Shown piece by piece: positions 18,879 to 26,747 of a stretch of DNA of 58,712 nt (its first letter is position 1; every line of letters starts with the position of its first letter). A model generated the notes under the pieces. That model was not told the DNA's origin and ran no database searches. It saw nothing but the letters and a program-made list of their open reading frames with translations. Origin of the DNA: a virus (lineage: Duplodnaviria; Caudoviricetes); the IMG/VR virus record IMGVR_UViG_3300046705_000051, positions 1 to 58,712 of that record; one strand, given 5' to 3'. Made by a program: the position numbers and the translations under genes.

Positions 18879-20675
18879 ATGGCGGCACACAAGATCCGCG
18901 TGATACTCGACCCGCAGACGGGCGAAAACCCGTGGTCGTTCCTCGTTCGTCGCTCGCCTGACAAGCCGGTCGAATCGGTCAAGGTCACGTACATCGACGA
19001 AACCACAGGCATCCAGTACGGCCCGGTGATCGCCTGGCCGGTCGACGTAGAACCGACGCCAACACCGGAACCGGAACCAGAGCCTGAGCCAACGCCTGAG
19101 CCAGAGCCGGAGCCGGAGCCGGGCACGACCGCGCACACGATCAGCCTGGTGGCGCAGCCGCGCGTGGCTGGCGGCAATGACTACTCGATTGACGCTACGT
19201 TGCGCGACGATGCGGGCGCGGGCGTGGCCGGCGTTGTCGTCACACTGACGGTCACGGGTGGCACGTTCGGCCCCGGCACGACTGTCGAGACTCGCACGAC
19301 CGATGCGGCCGGGCTGGTGCGGATCAACTGGGAGGGCGCGGCGGACGGCGACAGCCTGACCGCATCGGCACCGGACGCCGAGCCGGTCGAGTACGTTCAC
19401 ACGACCACGGTGATCGTGCCGCCTGTCGTCGATCCACTACCGCCACCGCCACCGCCGAATGGCGCGGACCTGACGCCGGCGAATCTGCGGTTGCTACTCG
19501 GGCCGATGGTTGCACGTGGAACAAACCCGCCGGGCTGGCCGACGACGTTCGACAGTCGGCTGGATGTGGCCATTGCGCGAATGGTGAGCGAGGTCGCGGC
19601 CGGTGGTTTCTCCGAGGTCATCGACGGCGGCGATCAGGACAATGCGCACTATGGCCCGCTGCGGCTGGTGGCCATGCGGAACATCCGGGCCGGGCTACCG
19701 CTCGACGAAAGCGAGCCGGGATTTGCCGCCGCGATGACCGTGACTCGTGACACGATCCGCAAGTACGCGATCCCGAACCTGAGCACGTTCAGTCAGTACA
19801 ACCGATACAGCAACTGGGCGGACTGCGAGCTGGTCGTGCTGCTGTACCGCGGCGAGAGCAGCGACAACGGGAAACTGGCCGATGAGTGCTTGCGTCATCT
19901 GCACATCGCCGCCGTCTGGGGCTCGGGATTCATCACGGCCGCGACGAAGTCACTGGAACACCAGTGGATGGACACGCGGACGGCCGCCATGGTGATGGAT
20001 GTCGCGATGTGCTGCGACCGGCTGGGCATCGCGTATGGGACCGTGCCAGCGAATTACAGCCGCTCGCAGTGGAACAAGCCGGCCGGGGTATCGTCGTGGG
20101 GCGAGTGGGTGCTGTACCTGGGCCAGTGGATCGCGGACGTGCAGGCCGAGTCCGATCGCCGGTTCGCCGGACAGACGGACGCTGCGGGCAATGCGGTGCT
20201 GCCGGGCGGCACGCGATGGAAGGGCAACTCCGCAACGGCGCAGCAGACGACGCCGCCCGAGCCGTGGGCCTTGGCGCTGTTCAGCAGTGCCATGCTCGCG
20301 GACGCACTGTTGCGCGCGGATCGCGAGTACGGCTGCGTGCAGTGCCGTCAGGTAGCGATCGCGCTGGCGCCCGTGGTGCAGCAGCAGTACGACCCGCAGC
20401 GTCAGGCGCTGCCGTACCTGACCGCGCCAGCTCCGGCCGGGGGACGCTTCACCGGCACGAATCAGGATTACGACCTGAACAACTTCTGGGTCGGCCCGCT
20501 GCTCATCATGCACGGCCTGACCGGCGAGGCGTGGATGCGCGACATCGCCATCGGGCTGATGGCAAACTCGCGACTCGGTGCGTGGGAATGGCGGTTCAAG
20601 CAGGCGCAGCAGTTGGGCTCCGCTACGTTCCCGCAGACGGGCGAGGCGATTCTTGCAGGACTGAGCTGGCGCTGA
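18879..20675 (+). CDS. Multidomain protein: Pro-Glu linker, Ig-like (Big_1-like) domain, poly-Pro, helical C-terminal domain
   Basis: PTPTPEPEPEP linker; ATLRDDAGAGVAGVVVTLTV...TTDAAGLVRI; PPPPPP; Trp/Tyr-rich helical C-terminus. Confidence 0.6.
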   Translation: MAAHKIRVILDPQTGENPWSFLVRRSPDKPVESVKVTYIDETTGIQYGPVIAWPVDVEPTPTPEPEPEPEPTPEPEPEPEPGTTAHTISLVAQPRVAGGNDYSIDATLRDDAGAGVAGVVVTLTVTGGTFGPGTTVETRTTDAAGLVRINWEGAADGDSLTASAPDAEPVEYVHTTTVIVPPVVDPLPPPPPPNGADLTPANLRLLLGPMVARGTNPPGWPTTFDSRLDVAIARMVSEVAAGGFSEVIDGGDQDNAHYGPLRLVAMRNIRAGLPLDESEPGFAAAMTVTRDTIRKYAIPNLSTFSQYNRYSNWADCELVVLLYRGESSDNGKLADECLRHLHIAAVWGSGFITAATKSLEHQWMDTRTAAMVMDVAMCCDRLGIAYGTVPANYSRSQWNKPAGVSSWGEWVLYLGQWIADVQAESDRRFAGQTDAAGNAVLPGGTRWKGNSATAQQTTPPEPWALALFSSAMLADALLRADREYGCVQCRQVAIALAPVVQQQYDPQRQALPYLTAPAPAGGRFTGTNQDYDLNNFWVGPLLIMHGLTGEAWMRDIAIGLMANSRLGAWEWRFKQAQQLGSATFPQTGEAILAGLSWR

Positions 20676-20744
20676 CTGACGGGCGCGGTGATACTTCGCT
20701 CACAGATGAATGATACCCACACCTTATCGTAAGGGGCGAGAGCC

Positions 20745-21026
20745 ATGAGCATGAGCGAGGACGTCGCACGGTACATCAAGGCCGGACTGGCCGCGGAGCA
20801 TCACACATGGGACCGCGCAGAGTTCATCGACCACATGGGTGCACTGCTGACGAAGCTGCGCGCCGACAAGGACGCGGTCCCGGCCGTCCGGTTCGGTCTG
20901 AGCGAGGACTGGACGCTCGTGGTCTGGCACTTCCTGCTGCGCAACGACGTGGGGACGCGCAGCCATGAGGATTGCGAGCCGGATGAGTGCTTCAATATCA
21001 GCCACCCGTGCCCGCCGTTCTGCTGA
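20745..21026 (+). CDS. Small protein ending in HPCPPFC (putative signal/precursor)
   Basis: AGGGG RBS; C-terminal FNISHPCPPFC; TGATG-coupled to the membrane gene. Confidence 0.65.
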   Translation: MSMSEDVARYIKAGLAAEHHTWDRAEFIDHMGALLTKLRADKDAVPAVRFGLSEDWTLVVWHFLLRNDVGTRSHEDCEPDECFNISHPCPPFC

Positions 21027-21709
21027 TGGAAGTGTGGGCGCAGGAAGTATCGCACTTCGCCGGGCTCTTGCCGCTGGCGGCTGTCGCGTGGCTGTCGCTC
21101 CGACGCCCGGTCGAGCCAACGGCGGTCATTCTGGGCGCGGTGTTCGCAATGTCCTTCGCCCTCGACATGACGGGCGCGGCCTTGGGCGATGCGGGCGTCC
21201 CGAACCTGTGGCTGACCTACATCCTCGCGCCCGTGCAATTCGGCCTGCTGCTGGCCGTCGTGATGCCGGTCCGCTACCGCCGCATCGTGTGGGGCTTCTT
21301 CGGCCTGCTGGTCGCCGCGTCGTTCGCTCGCGCGACGTTCGACGCACCGGAAACGTTCGTGCATGTGCTCGGCGGCGCATTCGTCGCCTTGGCCGCATGG
21401 ACGCAGCCGGCCTTCGAGCGCTACCGGACGGGCGTCATGCTGTACTGTGTGGCCACGATACCGGGCCTGCTGGCGATGGGATTCTTCACCCCGGGTTGGA
21501 CAGTCGAATGGCTGGCCGCGTGGGGACTCTATCAGGTAGTGCGAGTGTCGGCGCTCGTGTGCGTTGCGTGGTCGATCCTCGCGTTTCCCCGGACGCGTTT
21601 GGAGGTTATCCGTGACCGACCACGAACTGTTGCTGCTGGCGAAAGAGGTCTTGCCGCCAGCCACGTTCATGTTGCTCCTCGGCGCGGTCATCGTCCGGCA
21701 ATTTATTAG
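21026..21709 (+). CDS. Multi-pass (about 6-7 TM) membrane protein
   Basis: Successive hydrophobic segments; NLWLTYILAPVQFGLL. Confidence 0.75.
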   Translation: MEVWAQEVSHFAGLLPLAAVAWLSLRRPVEPTAVILGAVFAMSFALDMTGAALGDAGVPNLWLTYILAPVQFGLLLAVVMPVRYRRIVWGFFGLLVAASFARATFDAPETFVHVLGGAFVALAAWTQPAFERYRTGVMLYCVATIPGLLAMGFFTPGWTVEWLAAWGLYQVVRVSALVCVAWSILAFPRTRLEVIRDRPRTVAAGERGLAASHVHVAPRRGHRPAIY

Positions 21710-21926
21710 CTGGCGGCGCGAGTCGCCTCCGGTCGCACGTCCGACGCTGGTACCGCCGACGCTCATGCCGCCGACGCGGGATGATCCGTGCGACGGACTG
21801 CGTCAGGAGATCGTCGCGTTGCGCGGGTTCATTGCCGGTTTGCACGACGGCACGCGGGCGCACATCGAGAAGGAAGTGCAGGACGCGCGCAACCTGATTC
21901 TGGGGCAGCGTCGCAAGGAGGCGTAA
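21612..21926 (+). CDS. Single-TM protein with an LHD motif
   Basis: GGAGG at 21601 then GTG; TM ATFMLLLGAVIV; LRGFIAGLHDG. Confidence 0.65.
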   Translation: MTDHELLLLAKEVLPPATFMLLLGAVIVRQFISWRRESPPVARPTLVPPTLMPPTRDDPCDGLRQEIVALRGFIAGLHDGTRAHIEKEVQDARNLILGQRRKEA

Positions 21927-22276
21927 TGGATGCGGAAGTCATTATTGCAGTCGGCTTGCTGATATCTGCCATCGGCGCTCAGTACGTGGCGTTAAAGAGG
22001 GAGCTGCGGCTGGACCGCGAAGCGCGTCTGGCGGCCGCGGGTGCGGCTGCGAAGGCGGTAGAGGAAGCACTCGTCAAGGCCGCGGCCGAAGCAGATGCGA
22101 AGCTGACGGCCGTCGCCGCCAACGTGCAGAAGGTCGAGCTTGCGACGAACAGCATGAAAGATGCGCTGGTCGAAGCGACAAGGGAGGCCGCGCTGGCGAA
22201 GGGCAAAGAGAATGAGCAGGCGGCACAGGCGGCGCGGGAGGCGGCGGCGAAAACCCCATCGGAGGAATCGAAATGA
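21926..22276 (+). CDS. Single-TM coiled-coil protein (holin/antiholin-like)
   Basis: N-terminal TM followed by an Ala-rich coil; lysis-region position. Confidence 0.5.
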   Translation: MDAEVIIAVGLLISAIGAQYVALKRELRLDREARLAAAGAAAKAVEEALVKAAAEADAKLTAVAANVQKVELATNSMKDALVEATREAALAKGKENEQAAQAAREAAAKTPSEESK

Positions 22277-22491
22277 CAACGATCATGCTGGCGACACTCG
22301 TGCAGGAACTCGGCTCGACGCAGGGTCTGATCCTGCTGATAATCTGGATCCTGCTCATCGGCTGCGTACTCTGGGCCGTCCGGTGGGCACTCAGTCAGTC
22401 GGGGCTGCCGGCGCCTGTGCAGACCGTCACGCTCGTGGTGATCGCGCTGGTGATCCTGCTGGTCGTGTTGACGCGGTTCGGGGTCGTGTGA
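22273..22491 (+). CDS. Two-TM holin-like protein
   Basis: 72 aa with two strong TM helices around LPAP; GGAGG RBS. Confidence 0.55.
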   Translation: MTTIMLATLVQELGSTQGLILLIIWILLIGCVLWAVRWALSQSGLPAPVQTVTLVVIALVILLVVLTRFGVV

Positions 22492-23363
22492 CCGAGGTCG
22501 ATCTTGTGGTGCAGGGCGGGGGCAGCACGGGCCTGTTCCAGGCGCACCTGTGGGCCGAGCTGGAAGCCCGCGGCTACAAGATCCGCAAGGCCATCGGCAC
22601 GAGCGTCGGCGCCATCATGGTGAGTGCGCTACGGGTGATGAGCGCCGAGCAGTACATCGAGATGTTCGAGGGCATCCGGACGCGCGACGTCATGAAGAAG
22701 CCCGCGAAGTGGCTGGAATGGACCGCGTACGCCGGGCTGCGAAACCACACGGGGCTCTACGACTGGACGCCGCTGGAGAAACTGCTGCACCGGCACCTGC
22801 CGTGGTCCGAGCAACCGCAAACGTGGGTGACGCGGGTCAATGCAGCGACGCGACAGGTTGACTCGCCGCTGGCGTGCGCAAAGACCGTGTTCGAGTCAGC
22901 GCTGATGCCGATCATCGGACGGTCTGCAACGTGGTACGATGGCGGTCCGCGTGAACAGGTTCCGCTGTCGCAGGGCCTCCAGCATGGCGTGGGCAGCGAT
23001 GGCACGAAGGTGGTCATCCTGCTGACCTCGCCGTTCCGTGAAGTGCCGGCGCAGGATCCGCAGCCGCGCAATGGGCTGGATGCCATCATGTCCGTGCTCG
23101 ACGCGACGTTGCGCGAGGGCAAGGTAAACGACCTGACCCCGTACCTGCTGCTGAACTGGCTGGCCAGTCAGCTCGGACCGCTGCCCCGGCCGGGAGAGCC
23201 ACCCTACGGCGGCGGGCGGTACGTCTACTACCCGACCGAGATCTGGGCGCCGCTGCGTGATCTGGGGCCGGCAATGGACTTCGACAGCGAGCAGTGGAAG
23301 GAAGTACGGCGGCAGGAAGCGGCGGCATCGATCGAGCGTGGGCCGCTGGTGGACGCATGGTAA
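22488..23363 (+). CDS. Patatin-like phospholipase
   Basis: LVVQGGGSTG oxyanion loop, GTSVG nucleophile, YDGG catalytic Asp; GTGA overlap. Confidence 0.85.
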   Translation: MTEVDLVVQGGGSTGLFQAHLWAELEARGYKIRKAIGTSVGAIMVSALRVMSAEQYIEMFEGIRTRDVMKKPAKWLEWTAYAGLRNHTGLYDWTPLEKLLHRHLPWSEQPQTWVTRVNAATRQVDSPLACAKTVFESALMPIIGRSATWYDGGPREQVPLSQGLQHGVGSDGTKVVILLTSPFREVPAQDPQPRNGLDAIMSVLDATLREGKVNDLTPYLLLNWLASQLGPLPRPGEPPYGGGRYVYYPTEIWAPLRDLGPAMDFDSEQWKEVRRQEAAASIERGPLVDAW

Positions 23364-23373
23364 GCGAGGGCGC

Positions 23374-23886
23374 ATGATCTACGACCGCGACTTCTGGCAC
23401 GCGCAGCACGGGCAGGGCCACCGGATGACCGGGCCGGACCCGGTTGCGCTGGTCATCATGCACCATGCCGCGGCGCCGGACATCCCATGCGGCGTGGGCC
23501 GGGATCGCGAGCGGGCCGTGCTGCGCTCGATCGAGCAACACCATGTGCGGGTCAATGGCTGGGCCGGCATCGGATACAGCTTCCTCGCGTTCCAATCCGG
23601 CAACGTCTACGAGGGCCGCGGATGGCAACGGGTCGGCGCGCACACCCGCGGGCGCAATTCGACCGCCTACGGGATCTGCATCGTGATCGACGGGACCGGG
23701 ACCGCGCCGTCCGTGGCGGCAATCGAGGGCTGCCGCGACATTATCACCGAGGGCATCCGGCTGGGTCACATCGGTGCGGACTACCGCATCGGCTGGCACG
23801 CGCTGTACGCACAGACTGCGTGTCCAGGCGCGCGTGTGATCGAGCGGCTGGGCAAGCTCGGGCCACTGGTAGAGCCCGCGGCGTAA
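23374..23886 (+). CDS. Endolysin, N-acetylmuramoyl-L-alanine amidase (Amidase_2/PGRP-like)
   Basis: VIMHHAA, GWAGIGYSF, YEGRGW, GAHT, H...TACPG. Confidence 0.92.
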   Translation: MIYDRDFWHAQHGQGHRMTGPDPVALVIMHHAAAPDIPCGVGRDRERAVLRSIEQHHVRVNGWAGIGYSFLAFQSGNVYEGRGWQRVGAHTRGRNSTAYGICIVIDGTGTAPSVAAIEGCRDIITEGIRLGHIGADYRIGWHALYAQTACPGARVIERLGKLGPLVEPAA

Positions 23887-23890
23887 GCGT

Positions 23891-24070
23891 GTGCAGGTCG
23901 GCGACGAATACATCGACTCCCGCGACCCGCGCCATCGGCGGTGGACGCTCGTGATTGCCGCGGCACGTTTCGGCGGCGTGGCGGTTGTCTGCCTGTCGTG
24001 CGCGGATCGCCGGCTGTGGGTGCCGCTGGCGGTGTTTCGCGAGTACTACGTGCCGGTGGTGACGCCGTGA
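23891..24070 (+). CDS. Small hypothetical protein (59 aa, not in ORF track)
   Basis: GTG...MQVGDEYIDSRDPRHRRWTLV...FREYYVPVVTP*; fills the gap after the endolysin. Confidence 0.45.
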   Translation: MQVGDEYIDSRDPRHRRWTLVIAAARFGGVAVVCLSCADRRLWVPLAVFREYYVPVVTP

Positions 24071-24078
24071 GTTTGGTA

Positions 24079-24107
24079 TTGCGCGCACCCGATTCAACTC
24101 GCATTTT
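24079..24107 (+). promoter_or_regulatory. Putative promoter of the ncRNA
   Basis: TTGCGC-N17-CATTTT; same -35 and spacing as the two immunity-region promoters. Confidence 0.55.
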
Positions 24108-24112
24108 GTGGA

Positions 24113-24548
24113 GGGGCTTCTGACACCGTTTGCCCCGGCGCTGAAAGCTAGGCAGACGCCAAACAACGGGATGAACTCGTGAGCGCTCCAACCCAAAGCC
24201 GGGCAACGCTGGGGAGCGACCCGGTCCGGACCTGATCCTCACGAGAAGGGGCTGAGGCGTGGCCCCGAAAGGTTAACCCCGGACGGCCGGAGGCGCAGAC
24301 GACGCCAATGGGTACGGGCCGCCACATGCTTCCCCTAGCCTCAACTCTACAACTCTCCGCGATGGAGCAGGGCCGCTTAACGAGGTCCGGATAAACCCCC
24401 GTCCGCCCTGTAGAGACGTTTCGGCCCATCGCGAGGAGCTAGGTGTCACGGTTTTGGGGCCGCAACCCTCACGACGGGCCGAAACGCAAACGGTTTGACG
24501 GCCTGCCGAGCCTGAAGGTAACGCGGGCCGTTCATGTCCGCTACGGAC
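24113..24548 (+). ncRNA. Large structured ncRNA candidate with multiple pseudoknots
   Basis: No credible ORF; more than 12 complementary helices (see findings); G-U pairs and GNRA loops favour the + strand. Confidence 0.7.
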
Positions 24549-24550
24549 CG

Positions 24551-24739
24551 TCATTGCAGCAGCAGCCGCTCCACGGACAGCCGGACCATCGGCCCGATCG
24601 GCATCTGCCCGCGTTCCATCTTGCTGACGGTCTGCGGGTGGATGCCAAGCCGCATTGCCAGTCCAGCCTGCGACAGCCCGAGCCGCTTGCGCAGACGCTT
24701 CAGGGTGCCGCCGTCCCATTCGCGCGTGTCGTCGGTCAT
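24551..24739 (-). CDS. XRE-family HTH protein
   Basis: LKRLRKRLGLSQAGLAMRLGIHPQTVSKMERG. Confidence 0.85.
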   Translation of the reverse strand: MTDDTREWDGGTLKRLRKRLGLSQAGLAMRLGIHPQTVSKMERGQMPIGPMVRLSVERLLLQ

Positions 24740-25439
24740 CGGGACCACCCGGACCGTGCGACCTTGCGGCATGGGCGGCTCGGCGCAGGGTGCCGCTCGA
24801 TCCACGACCGACAGTCGGGGCAGGTCAGGAACTGCCAGCCATCGGCGAGGTCCCTGCGGCCGTCAGCCAACGTCAAGTCGCGGTCGGTAGCGTCGGCCCC
24901 GCAGAGCGTGCGCGCCACCCGCGCCGTTTGCTGTAGCCCCCTGATCCGGCGCTCCACCAACTGGTCGCCCGCCAATCGGATATGCGTCATCGGTCAGCCC
25001 TCCTCGGTGGCGTCTGGCGAGCGCTCCTCGCCCTCGTCCCATGCATGCGTGTTCGCGGCCTTGTCCGTGCACGTCGGGAACGATTCCGGTGACGTGCCGA
25101 GATAGCGGAACGCGCCACAGCGGTCGCAGTAGTCGTGTTCGTGGTCGGTGCCGGCCGCACCGATGAGGATCGTGCCGCCGCAGCCGTGAAGCGTCCGTGT
25201 GTCCGCCGCGTGCCGTGTCATCGGTCGGTCCTCCCGGTCAGAGTGCTCGGCGCGTAGCCACGGTCCGTCCACTCGCCGACCACGATGCGGCCGCCGTCCT
25301 CGGAGCCGTCCGCTCGCACCATCTCGGCGCGTGCCTCGGCCACCAGTTCCTCGGCCGGAAGGTCTGCGTGCTCGGGGCCGGTCAACAGCAGCTCGGCCTG
25401 CCCGTCGTCGCTCATCCAGTATGCTGCGCGGAATGTCAT
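24736..25439 (-). other. Three small coupled leftward ORFs (24736-24990, 24994-25221, 25218-25439)
   Basis: GGAGG RBSs and ATGA overlaps; two contain CxxC; they lie downstream of the leftward promoter. Confidence 0.6.
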
Positions 25440-25488
25440 CGTCGTGCCCCTGTCTCGTCGGGAGCCCCATCGTCTCCCGCACACAATC

Positions 25489-25517
25489 AAGGTAAGTGCA
25501 GGACTTAGGCCGCGCAA
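25489..25517 (-). promoter_or_regulatory. Leftward promoter (PL-like)
   Basis: Minus strand CCCC-TTGCGC-N17-TACCTT. Confidence 0.65.
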
Positions 25518-25559
25518 GGGGTACGTGAGCGGCGGGCGGAAATTGTTACAATCGGGGCC

Positions 25560-25757
25560 TCACGCTGCGCAGAGGGACGCGAAGGAAAGGATCAGGATCG
25601 GCAGCGTGACCAGCAAGGTGAGCGCGCACCCGAGCTGCTGCATCTTGCTGGCCGCGGCCTGGACCTTGTCCGCCGGCCACTCGATGCCGCAGTGAGGGCA
25701 GGTCTTTGCGCTGGCGGCTACGTCTTTGCCGCATTCACGACAGGGTGCGAGTGCCAA
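25560..25757 (-). CDS. Zinc-ribbon plus TM protein
   Basis: MALAPCRECGKDVAASAKTCPHCG with a C-terminal TM. Confidence 0.75.
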   Translation of the reverse strand: MALAPCRECGKDVAASAKTCPHCGIEWPADKVQAAASKMQQLGCALTLLVTLPILILSFASLCAA

Positions 25758-25894
25758 CTGAGCCTCCGGGAGTGGGTAGACTGGCGACGTATGGCGTGAA
25801 TGCTACGCCTGTCGCATCATGTGGGTCCCCGTGACAGCCGGCGCACGGATGCGCCGTCCCCATGTTCCGAAACAGCCATGCGCGAGGCTGCGCC

Positions 25895-26224
25895 ATGGAC
25901 AACCCCCTGCCGCGAGGTGTGTACGCATGTCCGTATCGTGACGAGCACGGGCACGAAATGCTGGTAGCGGTCGACCGGCGAGGCCGGTGGATCACGCCAC
26001 CTATTCGGGTTTTTGCTCGGGATCATCGCCCGTCCGTCGTCGCGATGGTTTACCGCCTCCTCGACGAGTCTGACCCGGACGAGGTTCGTGCTCGTGCGCG
26101 AGGTCCGCCGGGACCTGCGCCGCCCGTCGCTCGATATCTTCCAGCAGTTGCCGGAACTCGCCGACCGCGTACTCGACGCCCTCCCGGAACGCAGGCCGTT
26201 CAGGCTGTAGCAGGTACGCCTTGA
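25895..26224 (+). CDS. Hypothetical protein convergently overlapping the repressor 3' end
   Basis: MDNPLPRGVYACPY...LLDESDP looks protein-like. Confidence 0.4.
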   Translation: MDNPLPRGVYACPYRDEHGHEMLVAVDRRGRWITPPIRVFARDHRPSVVAMVYRLLDESDPDEVRARARGPPGPAPPVARYLPAVAGTRRPRTRRPPGTQAVQAVAGTP

Positions 26225-26405
26225 TCGCTTCCCGGACCTTGCCTTCCCTGATCTCGATCGTGGTGCCAGCGTCCCGTTTCGCCTTCCAATCGGAGATGGT
26301 CGTCTGGCCTTTTCCGATCCGTTCGGCCGCCGCGGTTTGGGTCATCCTGTGATCGATCGTCGCCGCTAAGTAGCGACATACCAATGTGTTGTCGTCGAGT
26401 TGCAT
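26001..26405 (-). CDS. CI-like repressor (HTH)
   Basis: MTQTAAAERIGKGQTTISDWK; divergent from the Cro-like gene. Confidence 0.7.
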   Translation of the reverse strand: MQLDDNTLVCRYLAATIDHRMTQTAAAERIGKGQTTISDWKAKRDAGTTIEIREGKVREAIKAYLLQPERPAFREGVEYAVGEFRQLLEDIERRAAQVPADLAHEHEPRPGQTRRGGGKPSRRRTGDDPEQKPE

Positions 26406-26412
26406 ACGCCCC

Positions 26413-26441
26413 TTGCGCTTACCGGTAGCAAGTGTTAACCT
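26413..26441 (+). promoter_or_regulatory. Rightward early promoter (PR-like)
   Basis: CCCC-TTGCGC-N17-TAACCT with extended -10 TG. Confidence 0.7.
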
Positions 26442-26489
26442 AGTGCTAGCATCGCGGTATCGGTACTTAACGGGACGGTACAACTGGCC

Positions 26490-26747
26490 ATGACGAAGCG
26501 CAACAAGATAGCTCAGGCGCCACCCCTCAGGGCGCGACTCAAGGCGGCGCTGGCGCTCCAGGAAAAGACGCTCAGGTCGTGGGCGCGAGAGAACGGCTGG
26601 CACGACGCTCAGCTTTCGATGGCGCTCGCCGGGACGCGCGAATACGCGCACATCCGGGACGCGATTGCCGAACTGCTGCGGCTGCCCCGGTCCGAAGTCG
26701 ACCGCCTCCTCGATGACGAGCGTTCCGAAAGCGAGCCCGCCGCATGA
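26490..26747 (+). CDS. Cro/Ner-like HTH regulator
   Basis: LKAALALQEKTLRSWARENGWHDAQLSMALAG; first gene of the early operon. Confidence 0.75.
   Translation: MTKRNKIAQAPPLRARLKAALALQEKTLRSWARENGWHDAQLSMALAGTREYAHIRDAIAELLRLPRSEVDRLLDDERSESEPAA

Noticed and set aside
22488-23363. Patatin as a CBASS CapV-type effector
   Set aside because: No cyclase or other CBASS gene is present; the context is lysis.
24113-24548. tmRNA, RNase P RNA, hammerhead ribozyme or intact group I intron
   Set aside because: There is no tRNA-like 3' end with CCA and no GAGGAAAGUCC. CUGAGGC...GAAA breaks the CUGAnGA core. There is no canonical P7 G-site and no split host gene.
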